A stretch of DNA of 64,000 nt, taken from contig JAUYPI010000004.1 in the NCBI GenBank assembly GCA_030697645.1, positions 1,141 to 65,140 on the forward strand. The letters are read 5' to 3'. Positions 55,173-64,000 of this stretch are shown piece after piece (position 1 is the stretch's first letter; every line of letters begins with the position of its first letter). The DNA is from a bacterium (GTDB lineage: Bacteria > Patescibacteriota > Minisyncoccia > Phycocordibacterales > VMGT01). The notes beneath the pieces were generated by a model. It had not been told where the DNA came from and did not search any database. It worked only from the letters and a program-made list of their open reading frames with translations. The translations under genes and the position numbers were made by a program.

Positions 55173-58100
55173 ATGGGAGAGCCACGCACATCGGCAGTGT
55201 TTGAAAAGTTCTACCGTGCCCTCAATCCGGAGCAGCGTAGGGCGGTGGAAGCGATTGAGGGCCCGGTGATGGTGGTCGCCGGTCCGGGGACAGGGAAGAC
55301 CCATCTGCTCACGATGCGCATCGCGAACATCCTCCGCCTCACAGACACGCCGCCCGAGAGCATCCTTGCGCTCACCTTTACCGACTCCGCCGCGCACGCA
55401 ATGCGCGAGCGGCTCCTTGAGATCATCGGCACGGCCGCGTACCGTGTCCACATCTCGACTTTCCACGGCTTTTGCAACGATGTTATCCGCCGCTTCCCAG
55501 GCGAGTTCGCGCGCATCGTCGGCAGCACGCCCGCGAGCGAGGCGGACCAGCTGCGGATCATGGAGAATGTTATCGCGGATGAGACCCTCACTCTCGAGCA
55601 TCTTCGGCCCTACGGCAACCCTTTTTACTACGTCCGCGCGGCTCTCAGCGCCATCCACGAGCTGAAGCGTGACAGCGTGAGGCCTGAGGAGGCGCGCGCA
55701 GCGCTCGAACGCGAGGAGCGCACCCTTGCCGAGTCGCCCGATCGTCTCTACGAGAGCGGCCGGTACCAAGGGCTTGTACGTGCGTCTTTCCGCGCTCGGG
55801 AGAAACAGCTTGCGCGGCACCGTGAGCTGCTCTTGCTCTATGAGGGATACGAGCGTTCGCTTCGCGCCGAAGCGCGCTTCGATTACGAAGATATGGTGAT
55901 GGAGGCCGCTCGCGCACTCGAGCGAAGCGAGGACCTCCTGCTTGAGCTTGAGGAGCGCTACCTCTACATCCTCGCCGACGAGCATCAAGACGCGAACCTC
56001 GCCCAGGAGAAGCTCCTCACCTTGCTCTCAAGCTTCCATGAGCGGCCGAACCTCTTTGTCGTCGGTGATGATAAGCAGGCGATCTTCCGCTTCCAGGGGG
56101 CTTCAGCGGCAAACTTCGCCTCCTTTAGTGAGCGCTACCCCGACGCGCTTGTGATTGATCTTCGCGAGAATTACCGCTCACGGCAGCGCATTCTTGACGC
56201 GGCGGCGAGCGCAATCATGCACTCGCCGGAGAGCGTTTTGCGCCCTCGCGCGGCGCTTCGCGCCGCGCGAGGCGAGGGGGAGCCGGTCAAGGTTGCCGTA
56301 CTTGCAAGCCCCGCACATGAGGCGCTCTTTGTCGCGCAGGAGGTACGGAGGCTCCTTACTGCGCTCGTCGCTCCCGAGGAGATTGCCGTTATCTATCGCG
56401 ACAACCGTGACGCGGAGGCGTTTGTCTCGCTCTTTGAGAGGCTCGGCATACCCTACACGAGGTACTCGGATCAAAATGCGCTCACTGATCCGCTGCTGCG
56501 CCAGCTCGTGATGCTCCTCCGCGCCGTGAGTACGCCGCAGAGCGACGAGTATCTTTCGCGCTCACTCTTTCTCGAGTTTTTAGGGATTGATCATCTCGAG
56601 GTCTACGCGCTCTTTGAGCGCTACGAGGCGCTGCGCCGGACGCGGCGCGAGGCCTCTCTCAGACGCTCCGACGAGCGGCTGATCCACCTCCTGCGCCGGA
56701 CGCCGGGCGCAGCGCCGCTCGAGCCGATCTCGACCGACGGCGCACCGCGCAGTCTCACTTCCTTCGCCCAGCTCCTCAATTCTTGGGCATCATTTGCGAA
56801 GAGCCGCGGCCTGCTCGAGACGCTCGAGCTCATCGTGCGCGAGTCTGGCTTTCTTGTCTCACTCCTCGGCTCTCCTGAGGGCTATGAGCGCATCCGGAAG
56901 CTCGAGGGCCTTATAACCGAGCTTGCGCGCGCGGTGCCCGGGCACCGCGGTTACGGCCTCTCTGAGGCGCTCCGGCATCTCGACATACTCGAGCGCTACG
57001 GCGTTTCGCTCCGGAGCGGCGGCGAAGCGAAAGGCCCTCCGGGGGTCGTGCTCCTCACCGCACACAAGGCAAAGGGGCTTGAATTCTCGCACGTATTTAT
57101 CGTGCGCGCCGCAGAGGGACATTGGGGAGGGAGGCGGGTCGTCGAACATTTTCCGCCGATGAGAGCTGTGGCCGCGGAGCGCGGCGCGAGAGCGGCGAGC
57201 GAGAGTAGCGCGGAGAACGAGCTCTGCGATGAGCGGCGGCTCTTTTACGTCGCCCTCACGAGAGCGCGCGAGAGCGTTACCATTACGCACGCGAGAGCGG
57301 GTGATGATGGTCGAGCGCGCCTCCCGTCGCGTTTTCTCGAGGAGATTGACCCGGCACATCTCAGGCGCGTAGACACGGCGCTCCTTGAGGAGTCGCTTGA
57401 GCGGGAGCGGCGAGGGCTTTTTGGCGCGCGAGAGCTCTCGGGCCGTCTTCCGGCGCTCTCGGATAGGGCATTTCTCCGCGAGCGGTTTCGCACGCAGGGG
57501 CTCTCGGTGACGGCGATCAACAACTATCTCGCCTGCCCGTGGCGCTACTTTTTCGAGAATTTGATCCGTGTGCCGAGAGCGCCGAATCGTCATCAGCTCT
57601 ACGGCATCGCGGTTCACAGCGCGCTGCGGGAGATGTTTGACGCGCTCGGGCGGGAGACAAAAATGAGCGAGAAGGAATTCCTCGCGAGCTTCGAGCGCGC
57701 GCTGGCGCGGACTCCGCTCTCGGAGGGGGACTTTGCGGTCTCGAAAGAGAAGGGGAGACGCGCGCTCTCGGGGTACTACCGCGCGTACGAGGCTGTGATG
57801 ACAGCGCCGCTTCGCACCGAGATGCGCATCGGGGGCGTCGCTTTTGAGGGCGCCCAGTCTGATGAAAAAGATGACGCGCCGCCTCGGGTTATGCTCGTCG
57901 GCGTTCTCGACAAGGTAGAGCTTTTCGAGTCCGGATCAAACCGTCTCCTCGTCACGGACTACAAGACCGGAAGGCCCCGGAGCCGCAACGACATCGAAGG
58001 GAAGACGAAGACCTCGCAAGGCGAGTACAAACGCCAGCTTGTCTTCTATAAACTTCTGCTTGACCGCTTTGAGGAGGGGCGCTTTAAGATGCACGCCGGA

Positions 58101-58304
58101 GAGATTGATTTCGTCGAACCGGACGCTCGGGGCCGCTACCATCGCGAGCGGTTTGAAATAAGCGGCGAGGACGTCATGGCTCTTGCGGCGGAAATTGAGC
58201 GTGTCGTCCGCGACATCTGGTCGCTTTCGTTCTGGGAGCGGCGCTGCGAGGAGCGTGGATGTGAATACTGCGCGCTCCGTGAGCTGATGGGAGGAGCTCT
58301 CTGA
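55173..58304 (+). CDS. UvrD/PcrA-type SF1A DNA helicase fused to C-terminal PD-(D/E)XK (RecB/Cas4-like) nuclease with Cys cluster
   Basis: Walker A AGPGTGKT, DExx LADEHQD, helicase motifs through VLLTAHKAKGLEF; C-terminal DYKTG...QLVFYKLL and CEERGCEYC. Confidence 0.8.
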   Translation: MGEPRTSAVFEKFYRALNPEQRRAVEAIEGPVMVVAGPGTGKTHLLTMRIANILRLTDTPPESILALTFTDSAAHAMRERLLEIIGTAAYRVHISTFHGFCNDVIRRFPGEFARIVGSTPASEADQLRIMENVIADETLTLEHLRPYGNPFYYVRAALSAIHELKRDSVRPEEARAALEREERTLAESPDRLYESGRYQGLVRASFRAREKQLARHRELLLLYEGYERSLRAEARFDYEDMVMEAARALERSEDLLLELEERYLYILADEHQDANLAQEKLLTLLSSFHERPNLFVVGDDKQAIFRFQGASAANFASFSERYPDALVIDLRENYRSRQRILDAAASAIMHSPESVLRPRAALRAARGEGEPVKVAVLASPAHEALFVAQEVRRLLTALVAPEEIAVIYRDNRDAEAFVSLFERLGIPYTRYSDQNALTDPLLRQLVMLLRAVSTPQSDEYLSRSLFLEFLGIDHLEVYALFERYEALRRTRREASLRRSDERLIHLLRRTPGAAPLEPISTDGAPRSLTSFAQLLNSWASFAKSRGLLETLELIVRESGFLVSLLGSPEGYERIRKLEGLITELARAVPGHRGYGLSEALRHLDILERYGVSLRSGGEAKGPPGVVLLTAHKAKGLEFSHVFIVRAAEGHWGGRRVVEHFPPMRAVAAERGARAASESSAENELCDERRLFYVALTRARESVTITHARAGDDGRARLPSRFLEEIDPAHLRRVDTALLEESLERERRGLFGARELSGRLPALSDRAFLRERFRTQGLSVTAINNYLACPWRYFFENLIRVPRAPNRHQLYGIAVHSALREMFDALGRETKMSEKEFLASFERALARTPLSEGDFAVSKEKGRRALSGYYRAYEAVMTAPLRTEMRIGGVAFEGAQSDEKDDAPPRVMLVGVLDKVELFESGSNRLLVTDYKTGRPRSRNDIEGKTKTSQGEYKRQLVFYKLLLDRFEEGRFKMHAGEIDFVEPDARGRYHRERFEISGEDVMALAAEIERVVRDIWSLSFWERRCEERGCEYCALRELMGGAL

Positions 58305-58442
58305 GAGACGCCTCCGACGGTATCAGCTCACCGGGCTGAGTAACGGCTCAACGACCGTGTCGATTTTGAGATATTTTGTGATGATATCAAAAAACGAGTA
58401 GACAAGCTGCTCTTTAAATATACTTCCTTTGTGATGGCTCAG

Positions 58443-58815
58443 GTAACCGCTCACACCTACCACAAGACTGTCTAACAGGGCCGTCATTGCGAGGAGCGAA
58501 ACGGAGTGGAGCGATCCCACGCTATGCTCTGGACAGGCTCCGCAATCCAGAATTACGGCTCAGCAACTGGATTGTTTCCTGCCTACCGGCAGGCAGGCGC
58601 TCCGCTCGCAATGACGGGTGTGAGTGATTACGGCTAGAGGTAAGTGCTCACACCCGTCTTTGCGAGCGACTGAAAGGAGCGAAGCAATCCAGGGGTTTTA
58701 CGTTACTCGCTCTGGATTGCGGAGCCTGTCCAGAGCATAGCGTGGGATCGCTCCGCTCCTCGCAAAGACGGCTCTGTTACGAGGCCTTGCGAGGGGTGTG
58801 AGTGATTACGGCTAG
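58443..58815. repeat. two back-to-back inverted copies of the GIY-YIG-associated nested palindromic element
   Basis: Copy A 58443-58640 and copy B (reverse complement) 58625-58815 share gcgatcccacgctatgctctggacaggctccgcaatccag. Confidence 0.7.
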
Positions 58816-58897
58816 AGAGGTAGACATCAAATAAAAATAGTGGTATATATAAACAGGATAAGCGTCGGATAACTCTCTTACAAGAGGAGGAGCAAGG

Positions 58898-59380
58898 ATG
58901 GAACAGCAGAATAGTCGTACAGGGTTTCCGTTTTCATGGTGGGGTGTTATCTGTGGCACAGCGATGGTGGGGATATTTTTTGATTTGCATAAGTATGTCA
59001 CCGGGCCGCCATACAAGGCGTTGATCGCCCCGCTCCTCGGGACGCTCGTGCCACGCGATCCGTTGGTCACGATCGCCTGGCTCGTCATTATCACGCTGCC
59101 TCTCTCTTGGTTTTGGGTACGTGCACTGATGCGGCGGAACTATGAAAACGCATTCTGTTGTACATACTCGTTTGCGGTCACGCTGGTGCCGTGGACGTGG
59201 GGACTTTTGAGCATTCCGGTGAACTTTCTTCTGCCGAGCTCCGCTGGCATAGTGGTCAGCATCCTAGACGCCGTATTGCTCACCGTGTGGTTCGTGGTGA
59301 TTTCAGTTGTCACGGTTGTATCCTCTACGATAATTGAGCGGGTTCGTGTGCGGCTGGGGCATGACGGCTTACCTCAATAG
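58898..59380 (+). CDS. hypothetical membrane protein
   Basis: 160 aa, 4 TM helices. Confidence 0.4.
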   Translation: MEQQNSRTGFPFSWWGVICGTAMVGIFFDLHKYVTGPPYKALIAPLLGTLVPRDPLVTIAWLVIITLPLSWFWVRALMRRNYENAFCCTYSFAVTLVPWTWGLLSIPVNFLLPSSAGIVVSILDAVLLTVWFVVISVVTVVSSTIIERVRVRLGHDGLPQ

Positions 59381-59550
59381 TCGTGCATTGCCACCTTTTT
59401 CCAACAGGTATATATGTGCCGCGCCGAGCAACCTCAGCGCGGTATTTTTGTGCAAGCGGGAGAAGGTTGCGGAAAAAATAATTCCTGGTATATTCCGATA
59501 AGTCTCGGGAAGCTCCTTGATACTCTCTCCCTCCAAAGAAAGGGACGTTT

Positions 59551-60621
59551 ATGGCGGCAGATTTTCTCATGGCGTTGTCGCCCACGTTTTGCAAAAAAAC
59601 AAGGAAAACCGCTCCAAGAAAAATACTCATCGTAGCGCACCTGACAGATCACTATGAGCTCCCAGAAGGCGGGGCTGACAGAGTCGTGGCATCGCTCATG
59701 GAAGAAGGGTATGCGCACCCGCTGCCGTTAAACAGGTCAGCGGTTTATGAAGATCGGGATCATTATCGGACTGCATATCGCTATCTCAATGCCGATTCGG
59801 AGCTCCGAAGCCACATGGATGCCATGCTCTCCCAAGGGAAGGCTCTGGGAGATTATCTGGGTATCCGATCCCTGCTCTATGATCACCCAGAAATTCAAAC
59901 GTGGCAGGATGTGCAGGAGAAACTTTTTGCCCTGCCGGTGTCTCCTGCTCCACCACCAGCTCTGGCTCCGCCCGCCACAGAAGTTTCGGCGGATAAGATT
60001 CTCGCAGAGATTTTCCCTCCGCCGACGAAACTGGATGGCAAACTGGAGGGCATCAGAGCTTCGGTTGAACGCTTCCGTGAAAGTCTCGAGGGGTGGATGC
60101 ATACCCTGCAGACGGAAGCGAGAGAAACACAGGAGCAGATGCGTCACCTGGCACGGGAAAATGCTCTCCTGCGCGCACGGCTTATGGAGTACGCACAGTC
60201 CGGAGACAACGCGCGCGCGGCGGCCGACATCATAGAGAACGCGGTCTCTGATCTGACGAATTTCTTCTCGATTGCCAGTTGTGGCCTTCCTGGCCATACC
60301 AGTATATCGGCTAGTAAAGGCGGCTGGGCCGGAGAGTTTGCCCTCTCCTATGGCGAGGATTTTCAGGATCGATTCTTCGGGGGCTATCTCGCGGTACACG
60401 AGAGAACGCAGGTCGTAAAAGCGCTCAACAACTTTGCTGCGGAAGGACGCTTCTATCCCGGCCTCAACACGAAGAAGTTTGTGCGGCGACTGCCCGGAGT
60501 ACCGATGGGAATTCGCGGGTATCACTATTCGCGTGCAGCGGATGACATACGCTTTACGTGGAAGCAAATCAGTGGCGTGATTTACGTCTTTAACGTCCAC
60601 AAAAAAAATGAACTTGATTGA
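59551..60621 (+). CDS. hypothetical protein with C-terminal RelE/YoeB-toxin-like segment
   Basis: C-terminal YHYSRAADDIRFTWKQISGVIYVFNVHKKNE weakly resembles YoeB/RelE (YSRRI..RLVYRV...HY); rest unassigned. Confidence 0.35.
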   Translation: MAADFLMALSPTFCKKTRKTAPRKILIVAHLTDHYELPEGGADRVVASLMEEGYAHPLPLNRSAVYEDRDHYRTAYRYLNADSELRSHMDAMLSQGKALGDYLGIRSLLYDHPEIQTWQDVQEKLFALPVSPAPPPALAPPATEVSADKILAEIFPPPTKLDGKLEGIRASVERFRESLEGWMHTLQTEARETQEQMRHLARENALLRARLMEYAQSGDNARAAADIIENAVSDLTNFFSIASCGLPGHTSISASKGGWAGEFALSYGEDFQDRFFGGYLAVHERTQVVKALNNFAAEGRFYPGLNTKKFVRRLPGVPMGIRGYHYSRAADDIRFTWKQISGVIYVFNVHKKNELD

Positions 60622-60810
60622 GGGACACAACAGCGCCTCGCCGCTATGCGGCGAGGCGCGTACCAATTACGGACGAAGCCATGATCGCTTGGCTTTTTCT
60701 CTATCATGCTCCCCCTTTACGCATTTTTTGACAAATAATACCGGTTTGTATATAGTCTGGAGGTGGGCAGCTAATGTATTCGATCAGGAAATCCGAAAAA
60801 GGAGGATTCC

Positions 60811-61599
60811 GTGGACCGTTTTTTAAGTTTCCCAATAGTGGTTCTTTTGATACTGATGCCGTTCTCTTCTGTTTGGGCAGAGGGGGACGCACGCCTTCCG
60901 ACGCACGCAGAGCTCGTCGGGGCGCTCGTCGAGGCATGCAAAAAAGGAGTCAACAATGGCGCAATTTTCTCACCAGCCCAGATGTGGGCTGCGATAGTGG
61001 ATCGCTCTGGTCAGGTTGTCGCCGTCGCAAAGACGCCCGGCGCAGATCCCTGGCCCGGCAGTCGGCCGATTGCGATGCAGAAGGCAAACACGGCCAATGC
61101 GTTCAGCAATCGAAACCTGGCTCTCTCCACGGCCAATCTGTACAGCGCGGTGCAACCTGGCGGCAGCCTCTACGGGCTGCAACATAGCAACCCAGTCAAT
61201 GTCGCTATCGCGTATGGAGGGAAGGCAGATAAATACGGCACTACCCAGGATCCTGCGGTGGGGAAGCGTGTTGGTGGCATCAATGTCTTTGGTGGAGGAT
61301 TACCTCTCTACCATCAAAGGACTGGTGAGGTATTGGGCGCAATCGGGGTCAGCGGCGATTCTTCGTGTGCTGACCACGTCATTGCGTGGCGCGTCCGTCA
61401 TACTCTCGGCTTCCGCATGCTTCCGGGCGGTGTCAACAAGACATCGTACGGAGGAGCATCGGCGCCACAGGCCGGTGATGACAACATCATCTATGCAGAG
61501 AGTGGCTTTCGCCACCCTGCCTGCGGTTTTAAGGAAACGAGCGTAAACGATCTGCCTTCAGTACAGAACCTTACCAAGCCCGTTGCGAGCAAGAAGTAA
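60811..61599 (+). CDS. secreted GlcG/DUF336 (heme-binding, PduO-C-like) family protein
   Basis: Signal peptide; hallmark GAIGVSGDSSCADHVIAW (cf. GGIGVSG of GlcG/HbpS). Confidence 0.65.
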   Translation: MDRFLSFPIVVLLILMPFSSVWAEGDARLPTHAELVGALVEACKKGVNNGAIFSPAQMWAAIVDRSGQVVAVAKTPGADPWPGSRPIAMQKANTANAFSNRNLALSTANLYSAVQPGGSLYGLQHSNPVNVAIAYGGKADKYGTTQDPAVGKRVGGINVFGGGLPLYHQRTGEVLGAIGVSGDSSCADHVIAWRVRHTLGFRMLPGGVNKTSYGGASAPQAGDDNIIYAESGFRHPACGFKETSVNDLPSVQNLTKPVASKK

Positions 61600-62005
61600 C
61601 TATCGTTTGCTGCCCACCATGTTTGAGACGGCCGCTACACTACCTGTAGCGGCCGTATTCTGTGTCGCACTACTGGATCACAGGCAAAAGCACTGGCAAG
61701 GAGGCGGGCGGCGTACGTCTTTGCGAGCGGAGCGAAGCAATCCAGGGCGATGACCTACAATTCTCTCGACACGTCTCTCGCTTGGGCGCACACTACGGTG
61801 TTGTTTGACACCTCCCCGATGCTCTCGTCTACTCCGCTATCCACACCCCGCGCACAGTTTTTCCCCTTGACGCTTGAAGCGCAGAAGCTGATGATGTTGA
61901 TATAACGCATTGAATCACCGCGCGCGGCTCCTGCATGTATGTAGAGAGTGGGTTGTCCTGTATTAATAACAGCCGTGCCGTCGTTCATTCGTTTCCCATG
62001 GACGT

Positions 62006-62317
62006 ATGCTATTCAAGAGCACAACTGCACTGCTTGTTACCCTTGCGACTCTGGTTGCACTGCCGCTTATTTCCGCTCTCGAAGCCCACGTGCTCAACGT
62101 CACGGCGCAGATATGGAAATGCGCTCACCGTGCCGGTGAAAAGACAGGAATCCGAACTCGCGTTCTCGCAGGAGGGACGCGAGTTGTCGTTTTCAGTTGC
62201 GCGCTCGGGCTCTTTCCTCTGGTGGTATATAAAAAAACTCCAGCCGTTTTGACGCGGCTGGAGTTTTTTTATGTGCGCTCTGGCTTCGGTGCCTTAGGGT
62301 CGAACATTATTCGTTAA
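62006..62317 (+). CDS. truncated paralog (possibly pseudogene) sharing the N-terminal signal/anchor module of the next gene
   Basis: LISALEAHVLNVTAQI vs AFSAFEAHIINVTARIEN in the 62349 protein; a bidirectional terminator hairpin lies inside this ORF. Confidence 0.3.
   Translation: MLFKSTTALLVTLATLVALPLISALEAHVLNVTAQIWKCAHRAGEKTGIRTRVLAGGTRVVVFSCALGLFPLVVYKKTPAVLTRLEFFYVRSGFGALGSNIIR
62238..62264. terminator. bidirectional intrinsic terminator (A7-ctccagccg ttttgac gcggctggag-T7)
   Basis: Perfect 10-bp stem flanked by A-run and T-run. Confidence 0.5.
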
Positions 62318-62348
62318 TAACGTAAAAAAGAAAAGTCGCTATAAAAAT

Positions 62349-63278
62349 ATGAAGAAATTACTTTTTCGCGCGGCAGTCGGCATTGGCACGCTCGGCGTCA
62401 TTGTCGGCGGCGCAGCGGCATTCAGCGCGTTTGAGGCGCACATCATCAACGTGACGGCGAGGATTGAGAATGCCTTGAGTGTGAATGAAGGTCCGATTGA
62501 GTTCGGCACCGTGTTCCCGCAGGAACTTCTTGTCCACGACTTGCACGTAGTGATGTCTGACTCTTTCGACGGGGAAAATCGAGTTGATGACATTAACTAT
62601 GTGATCAAGCAAAAGCCGAAGGTGAAACGCTGCATTGAAACTCGAGGTGACCTCGACCCTGTGACCACGATCCTGCGTTGCCGGCAAGAGCTCGATGCGA
62701 CGCGCAAGCCAATTGACCCGAACGACGCGCCGGAGCCAGGCGATCCGCACGCAATGATTCATCCCACAGGCCACGATGCGGGCATTGTTGCCTGGAAGTA
62801 TTGCGAGGAAAACTTACCACTAGACGCGCCGTATGGTGCGAGCGTAGATCCAACTCACGAGTATTGGAGATATTGCTATTTGCCACTCGCAAATTATCTC
62901 TCCAAGCACGAAAGGACCGTCGATGGTACGCCAGATAACGATCCGAAACCGAATGTTCCCGCTTTCCACCAGGCGTATACATGGGATACAGGCAGCCCTG
63001 AGCTCGATCCTGCCTACATCGCCAAGGGCCGATTGGCTAAAAGCCAGAACGACAAAGCTGATCTGTGGAACATTGATTTGCGAGTTCCGTGTTTTGTTAA
63101 TCAGTGCGACCAGGATGCGGACAATCCACTCAACGATGACACCGACGAGTTCCCCGGTTTCTATGTTCCATTCGAATTCAGACTCCCGAGTCACCTTGAA
63201 CACAAGGTCTTTGGAACTGATCTGTGGGTAGAAGTGACCGAGATCAGTCGGTCAGCGGTAGCGGGGGGGGGGTCATAA
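62349..63278 (+). CDS. secreted hypothetical protein with SipW-cognate-like signal region
   Basis: Signal peptide followed by AFSAFEAHIINVTARIEN (cf. A(Y)FSDTE of TasA/camelysin-type signals); Asp/Pro-rich. Confidence 0.5.
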   Translation: MKKLLFRAAVGIGTLGVIVGGAAAFSAFEAHIINVTARIENALSVNEGPIEFGTVFPQELLVHDLHVVMSDSFDGENRVDDINYVIKQKPKVKRCIETRGDLDPVTTILRCRQELDATRKPIDPNDAPEPGDPHAMIHPTGHDAGIVAWKYCEENLPLDAPYGASVDPTHEYWRYCYLPLANYLSKHERTVDGTPDNDPKPNVPAFHQAYTWDTGSPELDPAYIAKGRLAKSQNDKADLWNIDLRVPCFVNQCDQDADNPLNDDTDEFPGFYVPFEFRLPSHLEHKVFGTDLWVEVTEISRSAVAGGGS

Positions 63279-63292
63279 TACTCGCCCGATAG

Positions 63293-63477
63293 GCGTTAAG
63301 TAACCGCTCACGCCTATCACCACACTGCTTAACAGAGCCGTCATTGCGAGGAGCGGAACGGAGGGAGCGATCCCACGCTATGCTCTGCTCTGGACAGGCT
63401 CCGCAATCCAGAATTATGCGCAAAAACTGGATTGCTTCGCTCCGCTCGCAATGACGAGCGTGAGCGCTTACGCCGTT
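63293..63477. repeat. nested palindromic element, GIY-YIG-associated family
   Basis: gtaaccgctcacgcc...gtcattgcgaggagcgg...gcaatccag...ctggattgcttcgctccgctcgcaatgac...gcgtgagcgcttac. Confidence 0.7.
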
Positions 63478-63663
63478 AATCCTTCACGAATCCGGCCTCT
63501 CTTTTTTGAGGGGCTGGGAGGTGAGGGATTGAGAGGAAATGTCTGTGAATGACGAAATTGCCGACGGAGACAGCCGAGTCGTACATTCGAAGCACGAAAT
63601 ACGAAACTAAACTTTGGCAAATTTCGTCATTGCGAGCGAAGCGAAGCAATCCAGGGGAATGTT

Positions 63664-63954
63664 CTACAATTCGTTCGACAAGTCTCGCCACGTCGGATTC
63701 ATCGCCTCGACAAGCGCAAGCTTCTTCTTCCGAGAACCACCTTTGATCTGTTTCTCACGGGATATGGCAGCATACATTGTCTCATGCACTTCGTAATATA
63801 CGAGAGTATGTACATGGTATTTTTTTGTAAATCCGTCCACTGCTTCCGACCGATGTTCCTGCAACCGTCTTTGCAGATGCGATGTTACCCCAGTGTACAA
63901 CGTGCCGTTTCGTCGGCTCGCAAGGATGTACACACATGGGATCATTCCTGACAT
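63664..63954 (-). CDS. GIY-YIG nuclease family protein (UPF0213/YhbQ-like), embedded between inverted arms of the nested-palindrome family
   Basis: CVYILASRRNGTLYTGVTSHLQRRLQEHRSE GIY-YIG motif; arm fragment gtcattgcgagcgaagcgaagcaatccagggg at 63626-63656 and its reverse complement ccctggattgcttcgctccgctcgcaa at 63974-64000. Confidence 0.7.
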   Translation of the reverse strand: MSGMIPCVYILASRRNGTLYTGVTSHLQRRLQEHRSEAVDGFTKKYHVHTLVYYEVHETMYAAISREKQIKGGSRKKKLALVEAMNPTWRDLSNEL

Positions 63955-64000
63955 ACGGTGATTATATACTAAACCCTGGATTGCTTCGCTCCGCTCGCAA

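Overview
High-GC (~60%) bacterial chromosomal segment with small genes, many secreted or membrane repeat proteins and no classic str-operon continuation. A candidate-phyla-radiation (Patescibacteria-like) origin is only an inference. Housekeeping genes I am confident of: holB-like delta', frr, rseP, rpsA, miaA, a CxxC glutaredoxin, rpsL-rpsG, rplJ-rplL, secY, a cysteine desulfurase, tRNA-Leu(UAG) and tRNA-Arg(CCU). The window is dominated by interspersed long palindromic elements of at least four families: (1) a ~180-bp element with TAGACCTCTTGCATAACCCG terminal inverted repeats, 6 copies, with structure-preserving compensatory substitutions; (2) modular intergenic palindromes built from 7-mer arrays (CAATTTT/TTCCAAA/TTCGAAAT) around cores such as AAACACGACG...CGTCGTGTTT or ACATTTGACC...GGTCAAATGT, sitting immediately upstream of about 10 genes including rpsG, rplJ and rplL; (3) REP hairpins GAGGAGGGTCAGACCCTCCTC flanking, and once lying in-frame inside, a REP-associated tyrosine transposase (RAYT) in a lower-GC island; (4) nested palindromes (GTCATTGCGAGGAGCG...CTGGATTGCTTCGCTCC) whose arm sequences also flank a GIY-YIG nuclease gene at the window end. 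Other highlights are a tRNA-Phe(GAA) split by a ~290-nt group I intron (R and S elements and a P1 helix recognisable) with an adjacent HTH protein carrying a weak LAGLIDADG-like segment; a membrane-anchored ClpC/ClpB-family ATPase with an intact D2 but inactivated D1; a 7-repeat four-cysteine-module secreted protein; and a six-gene secreted/surface-protein island (collagen-like and Gly/Asp-rich repeats, a 1248-aa giant) bounded by inverted copies of family-1 elements. Two helicases (PIF1/RecD-like; UvrD-like with a C-terminal Cas4/RecB-type nuclease) flank a C39-like peptidase and a GNAT. No rRNA or CRISPR array is present. Coordinates I derived by eye (tRNAs, repeats, terminators) may be off by 1-3 nt.
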